In this document: in pieces, positions 1-6,547 of the stretch
Layout of the letters: each line of letters starts with the position of its first letter
Numbering within the stretch: the first letter of the stretch is position 1
DNA from: Phycisphaeraceae bacterium
GTDB taxonomy: Bacteria > Planctomycetota > Phycisphaerae > Phycisphaerales > Phycisphaeraceae
Reading direction: 5' to 3'
DNA length: 44,387 nucleotides
NCBI GenBank assembly: GCA_007125385.1
Contig: SLDI01000008.1
Location: 1-44,387, forward strand
Notes under the pieces: generated by a model
What the model saw: the letters and a program-made list of their open reading frames with translations, nothing else
Databases searched by the model: none
Told to the model about the DNA's origin: nothing
Translations under genes and position numbers: made by a program

Positions 1-332
1 ACGATCAGCGGCTGGTCGGCTTCGACGTGATCGCCCTCATAGCTCGCCAGCTCCACGATCGTCGCCTCGACCATCGACGCCAGCGCCACCTGCCGACGCG
101 CCACGACCTGCCCCGTCAGGCTCAGCTCGCGCGCCAGATCGCCGCGCTCGACGCGCGCCACCTCGCCGCTCGCCACCCCGCCCCCGCCACCACCACCTCG
201 ACCACCACCGCCACCGCCAGCCGGCTCACTCGCCGTCTCGGCGCAGCCAGCGGCGAACATCGCCGACAACACCATCAGTGCCAGGCCGCGCATCACCAGC
301 GTCGTGCTTCGCTTCCTTCGATCATTGCTCAT
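1..332 (-). CDS. Efflux RND periplasmic adaptor (membrane-fusion protein, HlyD family), N-terminal part; gene runs off the window edge
   Basis: Not in the ORF track because it is edge-truncated. Minus-strand ATG at 332-330, 3 nt after the stop of the 336..1268 gene. My translation: MSNDRRKRSTTLVMRGLALMVLSAMFAAGCAETASEPAGG(G-rich)VASGEVARVERGDLARELSLTGQVVARRQVALASMVEATIVELASYEGDHVEADQPLI. It has a lipobox (FAAGC) and the 'V.RGDL...TG.V.A...V.L.S.V...I.EL...GD.V...Q.L' pattern typical of MFP N-termini. Confidence 0.7.
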   Translation of the reverse strand, partial: MSNDRRKRSTTLVMRGLALMVLSAMFAAGCAETASEPAGGGGGGRGGGGGGGVASGEVARVERGDLARELSLTGQVVARRQVALASMVEATIVELASYEGDHVEADQPLI

Positions 333-335
333 GTG

Positions 336-1268
336 TCACCGGCTATAACCCTCCGGCAGCGGCGTCATCCGGTGCTCGCGCGCCGGGCCCTGCTCGATGA
401 ACTCGGTCACCACCTCGGCGTGCGCACGGATCAGCAGCACCACCTGCTCGTCGTCCGATGTCTGCCGCACGCGCACGCCACCGGGAACGTCCTCGATGTG
501 CATCTCGACGCGATCATGGTACTCGAACAGCTCGCGAAATAGTGGGTCGCCGCGCCGCATCGGCCGGCCCGACGCAAGGCGCTGCTTCATCTGGCGCACG
601 TGCAGGCGCAGAACCTCGGCCACCTGCGGATCGTCGCTGGTCGTCGTCGTCAGCACACCGTTGGGCAACGCCTCGACGTGTCGCTCAATGGCCTCGTGAT
701 GCGCGAAAAGCTCGTCGATCGCCTGGCGCATTCGGCCGCCGTCGCCATGGCCCGCGCCGCCCCCGCCACCGCCACCGCCCATCCCCCGGCCTTGCCCACC
801 GCCCATACCCATGCCACGACCCGGGCCACCCCAACGCCGCCCCATCCCGCGACGCACCTCCCGCGCGGCCTCGCGGCCAAGCTCCTGACGCGACGCCGGC
901 TCGAGCTCGTGACGCAGCCGCACCAGGTGCGCCGCCACGCGCCGCTCCAGCGCGTTGTGCGCGGCGATCACCTGCTCGACCTGCTCCAGAATCTGCATGT
1001 CCGTGGTGTCCTCGGCCTCCAGCAGCGTCGCCAGCACCTGCCGGGCCTCGTAAAGCTCACCCGCCATCGCCGCGGCGTCGCGCGCGAACGCCGGGTCCAC
1101 CTCTTGTAGCCGGGCCATCTGCTCCGGCGTCAGCGCCAGCCAGTGCGCCAGCGACGACGCGTCGCGCTCCCCGGCCGTCTGCGCCCGCGCCAGCCACGCC
1201 CCGCCGAAGCCCAGCCCCACCAACACCAGCACCAGCAGCGCCGTCAGCGTGATGTGTTCCCGGCTCAT
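336..1268 (-). CDS. Membrane-anchored periplasmic LTXXQ (CpxP/ZraP-like heavy-metal sensor) protein with a Gly/Met-rich linker and a C-terminal tandem His-containing domain pair
   Basis: N-terminal TM/signal anchor (LTALLVLVLVGLGFGGAWLA). 'LTPEQ' LTXXQ motif in a helical region. Linker GMGRRWGGPGRGMGMGGGQGRGMGGGGGGGGAGHG. Two similar ~55-aa units follow (IDELFAHHEAIERHVEALPNGVLTTTTSDDPQVAEVLRLHVRQM and FRELFEYHDRVEMHIEDVPGGVRVRQTSDDEQVVLLIRAHAEVV). The start overlaps the upstream stop as ATGA (1265-1268). Confidence 0.65.
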   Translation of the reverse strand: MSREHITLTALLVLVLVGLGFGGAWLARAQTAGERDASSLAHWLALTPEQMARLQEVDPAFARDAAAMAGELYEARQVLATLLEAEDTTDMQILEQVEQVIAAHNALERRVAAHLVRLRHELEPASRQELGREAAREVRRGMGRRWGGPGRGMGMGGGQGRGMGGGGGGGGAGHGDGGRMRQAIDELFAHHEAIERHVEALPNGVLTTTTSDDPQVAEVLRLHVRQMKQRLASGRPMRRGDPLFRELFEYHDRVEMHIEDVPGGVRVRQTSDDEQVVLLIRAHAEVVTEFIEQGPAREHRMTPLPEGYSR

Positions 1269-1666
1269 GATGCGCTCTCCTCGTTCTCGTCTTCAAGCAC
1301 CCAGGCAAGCACCGGCTCGGCCAGGCCCGTCGGCGTCGTCTCATGCCAGACGTGCCAGGCAGGCTCCGACGCCCCGAGCTGATCGTGTGCCAACCATCCG
1401 CCCACACCGCCAAGCAGCAGCGCCCCCGCCACCATCGCCGCCACGCGCAGCGGCGCCCGCCGCGACCACGGCGAAGCGATGACGGCCGGCGCCGGCGACT
1501 CGACATGCCAATGGCCAAGCACTCGCCACGTCCGGTGGGCCTGCTCGTGCCTCGCGGCGCAACGCGGGCACCGCGCCAGGTGGGCGCGGGCCGCAGCCTC
1601 GGCCGAGGCATCCAGGTGCCCCGCCACGAGCTCGATCAACTCAATCTCACGCAGGTGATCGTCCAT
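1265..1666 (-). CDS. Anti-sigma factor, zf-HC2 (ZAS) type, single-pass membrane protein
   Basis: I chose the internal ATG at 1666 (MDDHLREIELIELVAGHLD...), preceded by GGAAGGA 5 nt upstream. H-x3-C-x2-C motif 'HLARCPRC'. One TM segment (LRVAAMVAGALLLGGVGGWLA). The longer track ORF (to 1813) overlaps the upstream gene. Confidence 0.8.
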   Translation of the reverse strand: MDDHLREIELIELVAGHLDASAEAAARAHLARCPRCAARHEQAHRTWRVLGHWHVESPAPAVIASPWSRRAPLRVAAMVAGALLLGGVGGWLAHDQLGASEPAWHVWHETTPTGLAEPVLAWVLEDENEESAS

Positions 1667-1682
1667 CAACGTCCTTCCGCGC

Positions 1683-2561
1683 TCAGCGCCCGGCCGCGAG
1701 CCACTCGGCCAGTGTCCGCGGCGCCACATCCAGTTCCGAGGCCAGGTCACGCAGCCGACTCTGCCCGCTGGCTTGCACACCCAGGCCGCGCAACTCCGCC
1801 AATGCCTCATCAAGGTCCAGGCCCTGGCCCTGACAATGCTCCGCCAGCGTCATGCGCCCAAATCCGCCCACTCCCCCGCCGCCGCCACCCGCGCCACCGC
1901 CGCGCTGGGCGTCCGCCGCCGCGGCCTCGTAGATGCTCCGCGGCGACACGCCGTGCCGCCGCGCCAGGGCGTCGATGGGCGTGTCGGGGTCGTATTCCTC
2001 GATGCCGTGCGCCGCCAGGGCCGCGTCGAGTTCGTCGAGCGTCAACTCCATCCGCCGGGCGAACTCGGCCACGCTCGCCTGCTGCACGTACGTCGACGGC
2101 GCCCGCCCCGCCACCGAAGTCCCCTCCACCGCAGCCGTCGGCTCCCAGGCGTCCTTGATCCGCTCGTTGGCGGCGGTGACCAGGCTCATCGGCGGCAGAT
2201 CGAGCATCGTGCCCGTCACGACCAGCAGCGCCACCGCCAGCGCCAGCGCCAGCTCGCGCACGCGCATGACGTGCGCGGCCGACCTGCTCTTGAGGTAGTG
2301 GCACAGCGGCTTCCAGTTGAAGTACAGGTGAAAGCCCATCGCCACCAGCAGCAGCACGGCCGCGGCCATGTGCATGTCGGACCACTGCTCCTTGTCCAGG
2401 CCCAGCACGTTCCAGTCGGTCCAGTTCGCCACCCGGCCGCGCGGCGCGACGTAGAGCACCACGCCCGAGATGGTCATGATGAGAAACGCCACGGCCGTGA
2501 CGAGCGTGGTCAGCGCCCGGCCCTGCAAGCCGCGGTCGGGTTTTGGCGGGCCGGCGTTCAT
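1683..2561 (-). CDS. DUF4405-like integral membrane protein with two C-terminal helical (HTH-like) repeat modules
   Basis: ATG at 2561 is preceded by AGGAG (2573-2569) with a 7-nt spacer. The track start at 2639 is a GTG overlapping the sigma stop, so it remains an alternative start. TM helices carry conserved His ('WSDMHMAAAVLLLVAMGFHLYFNWKPL'), as in DUF4405. C-terminal repeats: 'VAEFARRMELTLDELDAALAAHGI...' and 'MTLAEHCQGQGLDLDEALAELRGLGV...'. Confidence 0.65.
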   Translation of the reverse strand: MNAGPPKPDRGLQGRALTTLVTAVAFLIMTISGVVLYVAPRGRVANWTDWNVLGLDKEQWSDMHMAAAVLLLVAMGFHLYFNWKPLCHYLKSRSAAHVMRVRELALALAVALLVVTGTMLDLPPMSLVTAANERIKDAWEPTAAVEGTSVAGRAPSTYVQQASVAEFARRMELTLDELDAALAAHGIEEYDPDTPIDALARRHGVSPRSIYEAAAADAQRGGGAGGGGGGVGGFGRMTLAEHCQGQGLDLDEALAELRGLGVQASGQSRLRDLASELDVAPRTLAEWLAAGR

Positions 2562-2635
2562 GGCGATGCTCCTGGTCTGCCCCACCTTCTCCAACAGTTC
2601 AACGCCGCAGCCCGGCCTTTCCTGCGGTGGCCGGG

Positions 2636-3190
2636 TCACTTTTCTTGAAGGTCCGCCAGTTCTCGGCGCAGTCGGGCGTAGGCGCGCACGAGCAGGGACT
2701 CGACGGCCGCGGGGCTGTCGCCGGTGACCTCGGCGATCTGCTGATGCGACAGGCCCTCGTAGCGATGCAGGATCAGGGCCGTGCGCTGCCTTGGCGCCAG
2801 TTGCGCCACGGCGTCGGCGACGCGGCGGGCCGTCTCGTCCGCCTCCAGCGCCGGGGTGGCGTCGTCATCGACGGGTGGGGCGACCGCATCCAGGCGCTGC
2901 GCCTGCCGCGCCCGGCGTCGCTGCACGTCGTGGCAGAGGTTGACGACGATCCGATGCAGCCAGGTGGTGAACCGGGCTGTGGGTTGATATGCGGCCGCCG
3001 CCCGCTGGACGCGCAGCAGGGCTTCCTGGGCCACGTCGTCTGCGTCGTCCCACTGGCCGAGCAGGCGGTAGGCCAGGTGGCGCACGCGTTCGCGATGGCG
3101 TCGCGACAACTCGCCGAGGCACGCCATGCCGCCCCGGCCGAGGCACGCCATCAACTCGGCGTCGGAACGTCGATCCGGGGAGGTAGCCAT
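2636..3190 (-). CDS. RNA polymerase ECF-type sigma-70 factor
   Basis: Region 2 ('DDVAQEALLRVQRAAAAYQPTARFTTWLHRIVVNLCHD') and region 4 HTH ('LPPRQRTALILHRYEGLSHQQIAEVTGDSPAAVESLLVRAYARLRREL'). Confidence 0.9.
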   Translation of the reverse strand: MATSPDRRSDAELMACLGRGGMACLGELSRRHRERVRHLAYRLLGQWDDADDVAQEALLRVQRAAAAYQPTARFTTWLHRIVVNLCHDVQRRRARQAQRLDAVAPPVDDDATPALEADETARRVADAVAQLAPRQRTALILHRYEGLSHQQIAEVTGDSPAAVESLLVRAYARLRRELADLQEK

Positions 3191-3348
3191 GATCGGGCCA
3201 TGCGCCGCTGTCGAATCAAAATACCACCATGTCTGATTATAGCCCGCGGGTTCCGCCGAGCGCCCGCGTTCAACAGGTGCAAGGACGATGCTCGAGCGAA
3301 TAGCCCTTGCCGGTGAGTTCGGTTCACAGCCAATACAAGGAGATTCAA

Positions 3349-3900
3349 ATGTCTGCCAGAGTCCCCCTGACGATCGCCGCCGCGGCTTTGTTCGTGGCTG
3401 GCATGGTCACGCCCGCCTTGGCCACCACCGAGGCGGCCTCGGACGCCCCCGCAGCCCAGCCGGCAGCGGAGGTGATGACGGCCGAGCAGGCTCGTGCCGA
3501 TTGCCCACCCCAGGGGCATGGACCCCACGGCGCCCAGCGCCAGCCTTTGCGTGACGGCCGGGGGCCGCACGCCGGCTTGCGCCAAGGTCTCCGCGACGGC
3601 CAGGGCCCGCGCGAGGGGATGGGGCGTGGGCTGCGTGACGGCACCGGGCCTCGGACCGGCATGGGACACGGCGCACGTGATGGCACCGGCCCGCGCTTGG
3701 GCATGGGCCACGGCAGCCGGCCCGATGGCGCCCAGCGCCAGCCTTTGCATGACGGCCGCGGGCCGCACGCCGGCTTGCGCCAAGGCCTGCGCGATGGCCA
3801 GGGCCCCAACGCCCTGAACCGTGAGCCTCGCCGCGATGGACGCGGGCCCCACGGCGAGCGCCGCCGCGAGCGCGGTAACGAGGACTGCCGGCGCCGCTGA
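3349..3900 (+). CDS. Secreted Gly/Arg/Asp-rich repeat protein ('LRDGxGPxxGxxxG' 14-aa units; DUF5320-like motif)
   Basis: ATG at 3349 with AAGGAG (3337-3342) 6 nt upstream. Signal peptide MSARVPLTIAAAALFVAGMVTPALA. About 7 units such as LRDGRGPHAGLRQG, LRDGTGPRTGMGHG and ARDGTGPRLGMGHG. Divergent from the ECF sigma gene. Confidence 0.6.
   Translation: MSARVPLTIAAAALFVAGMVTPALATTEAASDAPAAQPAAEVMTAEQARADCPPQGHGPHGAQRQPLRDGRGPHAGLRQGLRDGQGPREGMGRGLRDGTGPRTGMGHGARDGTGPRLGMGHGSRPDGAQRQPLHDGRGPHAGLRQGLRDGQGPNALNREPRRDGRGPHGERRRERGNEDCRRR
3529..3806 (+). repeat. Two 80-bp direct repeat copies (3529-3608 and 3727-3806), period 198 bp, inside the RDG-repeat gene
   Basis: Aligned by eye, the copies differ at 5 of 80 positions. 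Each encodes GAQRQPL(R/H)DGRGPHAGLRQGLRDGQGP. Confidence 0.85.
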
Positions 3901-3984
3901 CCATTGCGAGGCCCCAACGCAGCACGCCCCGGCACGAGCGCGTGCCGGGGCGTGCCTGCTTTTTTCAATGTGTCCGGGCCATGC

Positions 3985-4635
3985 TCAGTTGCCCGGGATC
4001 GGCGCCAGTGTCGCCGCGTAGAACGCCAGCAGCACCAGCGCAGCGAGCGTCGCCGCGATGGCCGGCCAGGTGATCGCCGCGCCGCCGATGCGTCCGCGTG
4101 CGTCGGCGAGCAGCGCCCTGACCGGAGGCAACTCGCTGCCACGCAGGATCGCCAGCTCCAGAGCGAACAGCACGACGGTGGCGCCGGCCGACATCATGCA
4201 GAACGGGCAGATCGCGCCGATGGGTCCGAGCTGGAGGTAGACGAACACCGCCGATGCCGCCACGCCCACGGCTGTCACGGGTGTCAGGGCCTTGAGGATC
4301 AGCGGGTGGCGCGTCTGCCACCACAGCCCGGCCGCGAGCACCACCGCCAGGTAGTAGAGCGCCCCGACCAGCGCCAGCGGCACGCCGGCGACGTACGCCC
4401 ACTGGCTGGTGATGACGCTGAGGCTGCCCTGCGCCTCGACGCCCGCGGGCAACGGCAGGGCCCAGAAGTGGATGCCGGTCAGGAACGTGCTGACCAGCCA
4501 GCCGAACATCGCCACGGCCGTGAACGCGGCGAAGAGCTTGGGCGTGGCGCCGCTGTAGCGGTGGCCGAGCGCCGCGGGCGAGGCCGGTGTCGGCGTGGCG
4601 GTCATGGCGTCGTGTGATGCGTGGATGCTCTGCAT
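3985..4635 (-). CDS. Vitamin K epoxide reductase (VKOR)-family membrane protein lacking the loop cysteine pair
   Basis: ATG at 4635 with AAGGAG (4647-4642) upstream; the track start at 4650 is a GTG. About 5 TM segments. 'SLSVITSQWAYVAGVPLALVGALYY' matches the VKOR 'V..S.ya...G.P.a..G' region, and the active-site CXXC is 'ICPFC'. There are no other Cys residues in the protein. Confidence 0.7.
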   Translation of the reverse strand: MQSIHASHDAMTATPTPASPAALGHRYSGATPKLFAAFTAVAMFGWLVSTFLTGIHFWALPLPAGVEAQGSLSVITSQWAYVAGVPLALVGALYYLAVVLAAGLWWQTRHPLILKALTPVTAVGVAASAVFVYLQLGPIGAICPFCMMSAGATVVLFALELAILRGSELPPVRALLADARGRIGGAAITWPAIAATLAALVLLAFYAATLAPIPGN

Positions 4636-4695
4636 GGGGAACTCCTTCACTCTCGGCTTATGCGTGTTGGGGGGTTAATGGGTTGCAGCAAGCGC

Positions 4696-4809
4696 TCAGC
4701 CGGCGAAGACCTGGGCGGGCATCAGCCGCGCGAGAGCCTCGGCCAGAAGCATGGCCATGATGAGCGTCGCCAGCGCCAGGCTTGCGATGTCTTGTAAGAA
4801 GCTGGCCAT
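4696..4809 (-). CDS. Candidate 37-aa hydrophobic micro-ORF between trx and the VKOR-like gene
   Basis: Not in the track. ATG at 4809-4807, TGA at 4698-4696 (114 nt, in frame). My translation: MASFLQDIASLALATLIMAMLLAEALARLMPAQVFAG. GAGGTG overlaps the trx stop just upstream. GC3-rich codons. Confidence 0.3.
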   Translation of the reverse strand: MASFLQDIASLALATLIMAMLLAEALARLMPAQVFAG

Positions 4810-4817
4810 GGCGCACC

Positions 4818-5147
4818 TCATGCCGCCTGGGCCTGGGCGATGGTCTGGCGCAGTTGATCCGCCGACGCCAGGCCGCTGACGCGCGCCGCGGGCTCGCCGG
4901 CGACGAACAGCACGAGCGTGGGGATGCTGCGGATCTCATACTGCCGGGCCAGGGCCGGCTCATCGTCGACGCTGACCTTCACGATGCGCACCTGTCCGTC
5001 GAGCTCGGCCGCGAGGGCGTCGAGCGTCGGGGCCAGCGCGCGGCAGGGCGCGCACCAGTCGGCGTAGAAATCGACGAGCACCGGCACGGGGCTGTCGTAG
5101 ACCTGGGCCTGGAATTGTTCGGCCGAAACGCGGGAAACCTGACTCAT
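4818..5147 (-). CDS. trxA: Thioredoxin
   Basis: ATG at 5147 with GGAGGA 6 nt upstream. 109 aa. 'VLVDFYADWCAPCRALAPTLD' holds the W-C-x-P-C active site, followed by '...IRSIPTLVLF'. No signal peptide. The track ORF (to 5339) over-extends into the intergenic region. Confidence 0.9.
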   Translation of the reverse strand: MSQVSRVSAEQFQAQVYDSPVPVLVDFYADWCAPCRALAPTLDALAAELDGQVRIVKVSVDDEPALARQYEIRSIPTLVLFVAGEPAARVSGLASADQLRQTIAQAQAA

Positions 5148-5199
5148 GGCGGGTCCTCCAGGGGGTTGGGGGACGGCGTTTCCGTCCCGTTTCACTGGA

Positions 5200-5228
5200 T
5201 TAGACCCGCGAGGCGGCGAAAGGTTACA
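5200..5228 (-). promoter_or_regulatory. Candidate ECF-type promoter upstream of trx (TGTAACC-N16-GTCTAA)
   Basis: Minus strand reads cgcTGTAACCtttcgccgcctcgcggGTCTAAtcc. It has an AAC-containing -35 and a TCTAA-like -10, about 45-50 nt upstream of the trx ATG and just downstream of an ECF sigma/anti-sigma pair. Confidence 0.3.
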
Positions 5229-5308
5229 GCGAGGGGAAAAATTCTCCCTTGCTCGTGGCGGCGCTATGTAGGGTGGGTAGAGCGCAGCGATGGCCGCGGC
5301 ACCCCGCC

Positions 5309-5557
5309 TCACTCGCCCCCGCCGCGGCGCTGCTGCCACTTCTCGCGCAGCGCCTCATGCAGCCGCTGACGGAACTGCACGGGCAGCTCGTACTCCTGCT
5401 CACCGTGGTACAGGCGGACGGTCTGCCGGATGTTGTCCACGACGACGCGGCAGGGGCCGCACTGCGCCAGGTGCTGCTCCAACTCCTGGCAGATGGACGC
5501 GTCGACCTCGCCGTCGATGTATTCGTTGAGAATGGCCAGCAGCTCGTCGCATTTCAT
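5309..5557 (-). CDS. Small cytoplasmic ZAS-family anti-sigma factor (RsrA-like; zf-HC2)
   Basis: 82 aa with no TM segment. 'HLAQCGPC' is an H-x3-C-x2-C motif, with additional Cys at positions 3 and 23. Its ATG overlaps the sigma stop as ATGA (5554-5557). Confidence 0.8.
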   Translation of the reverse strand: MKCDELLAILNEYIDGEVDASICQELEQHLAQCGPCRVVVDNIRQTVRLYHGEQEYELPVQFRQRLHEALREKWQQRRGGGE

Positions 5558-6222
5558 GGTGTGTCTCCGGCTACGGCCGCGTCGTCCTTTGCCCTGAGCC
5601 GGGCGAGCAGGGCGTCGTGGTCGTGGCCCGGCTCCTGCCGCGTGCGATCGTCGCCGAACCGCCGCGTCAGGTACTCGCGCAGCGCCAGCCGCGCCCGCAG
5701 CAGGCGGACCTTGACGTTGCCCGGGCTGATCCCGACCGCCTCGGCCGTCTCGGCCGTGCTCAGGCCCTCGACGTCGCGCAACACGAAGACCAGGCGCTGG
5801 CCCTGGGGCAGGGTCGCGATGCCGTCGTCGAGGATCTGCCGCAGCTCCCGCCGGTCCAGCGCCTGCTGCGGATCATCGCGCCACTGGGCGATGTAGCTCG
5901 GCGGCGCGACGTCGGCCGACTCACCCTCGCCCACCAGCGCGCCGGGGCCCCCGGCGCGGCGGCGCAGCAGCTTCATCGCGTGGTTGACGGTGATGCGGGT
6001 GATCCACGTCTTGAACGACGCGTCACCGCGGAAGCCGTCGATGTGCTCGATCGCGGCCAGGAACGCGCCTTGCACAACGTCCTGGGCGTCGTGGTGGTTG
6101 CCCGTCAGGTGCCACGCCAGGCCATACAATCGCCGCTCATGAAGTGTCACGAGCTGGTCGAAGGCGGCAAAGTCCCCCTCTTGCAGTTGCTCGACCAGGC
6201 GTTGCTCGTCATGCTCGTCCAC
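5554..6222 (-). CDS. RNA polymerase ECF-type sigma-70 factor
   Basis: Region 2 'DAQDVVQGAFLAAIEHIDGFRGDASFKTWITRITVNHAM' and region 4 'LPQGQRLVFVLRDVEGLSTAETAEAVGISPGNVKVRLLRARLALREYL'. I prefer the GTG at 6222 (VDEHDEQRLVEQL...) because GGAG lies 6 nt upstream and a TTGCGC-N16-TATAAT promoter lies further upstream. The track start is the GTG at 6291. Confidence 0.8.
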   Translation of the reverse strand: MDEHDEQRLVEQLQEGDFAAFDQLVTLHERRLYGLAWHLTGNHHDAQDVVQGAFLAAIEHIDGFRGDASFKTWITRITVNHAMKLLRRRAGGPGALVGEGESADVAPPSYIAQWRDDPQQALDRRELRQILDDGIATLPQGQRLVFVLRDVEGLSTAETAEAVGISPGNVKVRLLRARLALREYLTRRFGDDRTRQEPGHDHDALLARLRAKDDAAVAGDTP

Positions 6223-6249
6223 GATCGGCTCCGGTTCCGCTTCGGAGTC

Positions 6250-6277
6250 ATTATAGATCGCCGCTGACTCCGCGCAA
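6250..6277 (-). promoter_or_regulatory. Candidate sigma70-type promoter TTGCGC-N16-TATAAT for the ECF sigma operon
   Basis: Minus strand reads ccTTGCGCggagtcagcggcgatcTATAATgactcc (-35 at 6277-6272, -10 at 6255-6250). A perfect TATAAT is conspicuous in ~70% GC DNA. It lies about 28 nt upstream of the preferred GTG start. Confidence 0.4.
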
Positions 6278-6547
6278 AGGTGACGGAACACATCTTGAGC
6301 TTGTGTCTACATCAACATCGGGACAAATCATCACAAGCCGGCCGTCGATCACCCCCTTTACTCCGGCCATTGCTCCCCCACCAGCCCCGCCGCACCCTCA
6401 GGCCGTGCTCGCGGTGCCCGGCCCCGCGAGCCGTGCAACTCGCCCGCGTACGCGGCGCCGGGACAGCCCCTCCACCGCGCGGCCCACGGCGCGCGCGGTA
6501 CGCCATACGCGACGATGGGCTATAACCTGATCCCGAGGTGAATCCCA

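Noticed and set aside
27-542. 171-aa + strand ORF at the left edge
   Set aside because: Arg/His/Ala-rich. It overlaps the minus-strand RND-adaptor N-terminus and the end of the ZraP-like gene, both of which have recognisable features.
700-860. GC-rich Gly-codon runs (also 1860-1900, 42070-42360) that look like simple DNA repeats
   Set aside because: They are coding low-complexity Gly/Met or Gly/Arg linkers within supported genes. They are not CRISPR or intergenic satellites.
3236-3241. Perfect TATAAT on the minus strand ~46 nt upstream of the first ECF sigma ATG, with GGAACC 8 nt upstream of it
   Set aside because: No acceptable -35 lies at 16-18 nt (TTGAAC is 26 nt away). The GGAACC-to-TCAGA spacing is too short for an ECF promoter. 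It could still be a -10 element but is not supportable as a feature.
4658-4963. 101-aa minus-strand ORF overlapping the trx 3' end
   Set aside because: It is out of frame with the clearly real thioredoxin and has Arg/Ser/Pro-rich composition. The in-frame 37-aa micro-ORF (4696-4809) explains the same interval better.
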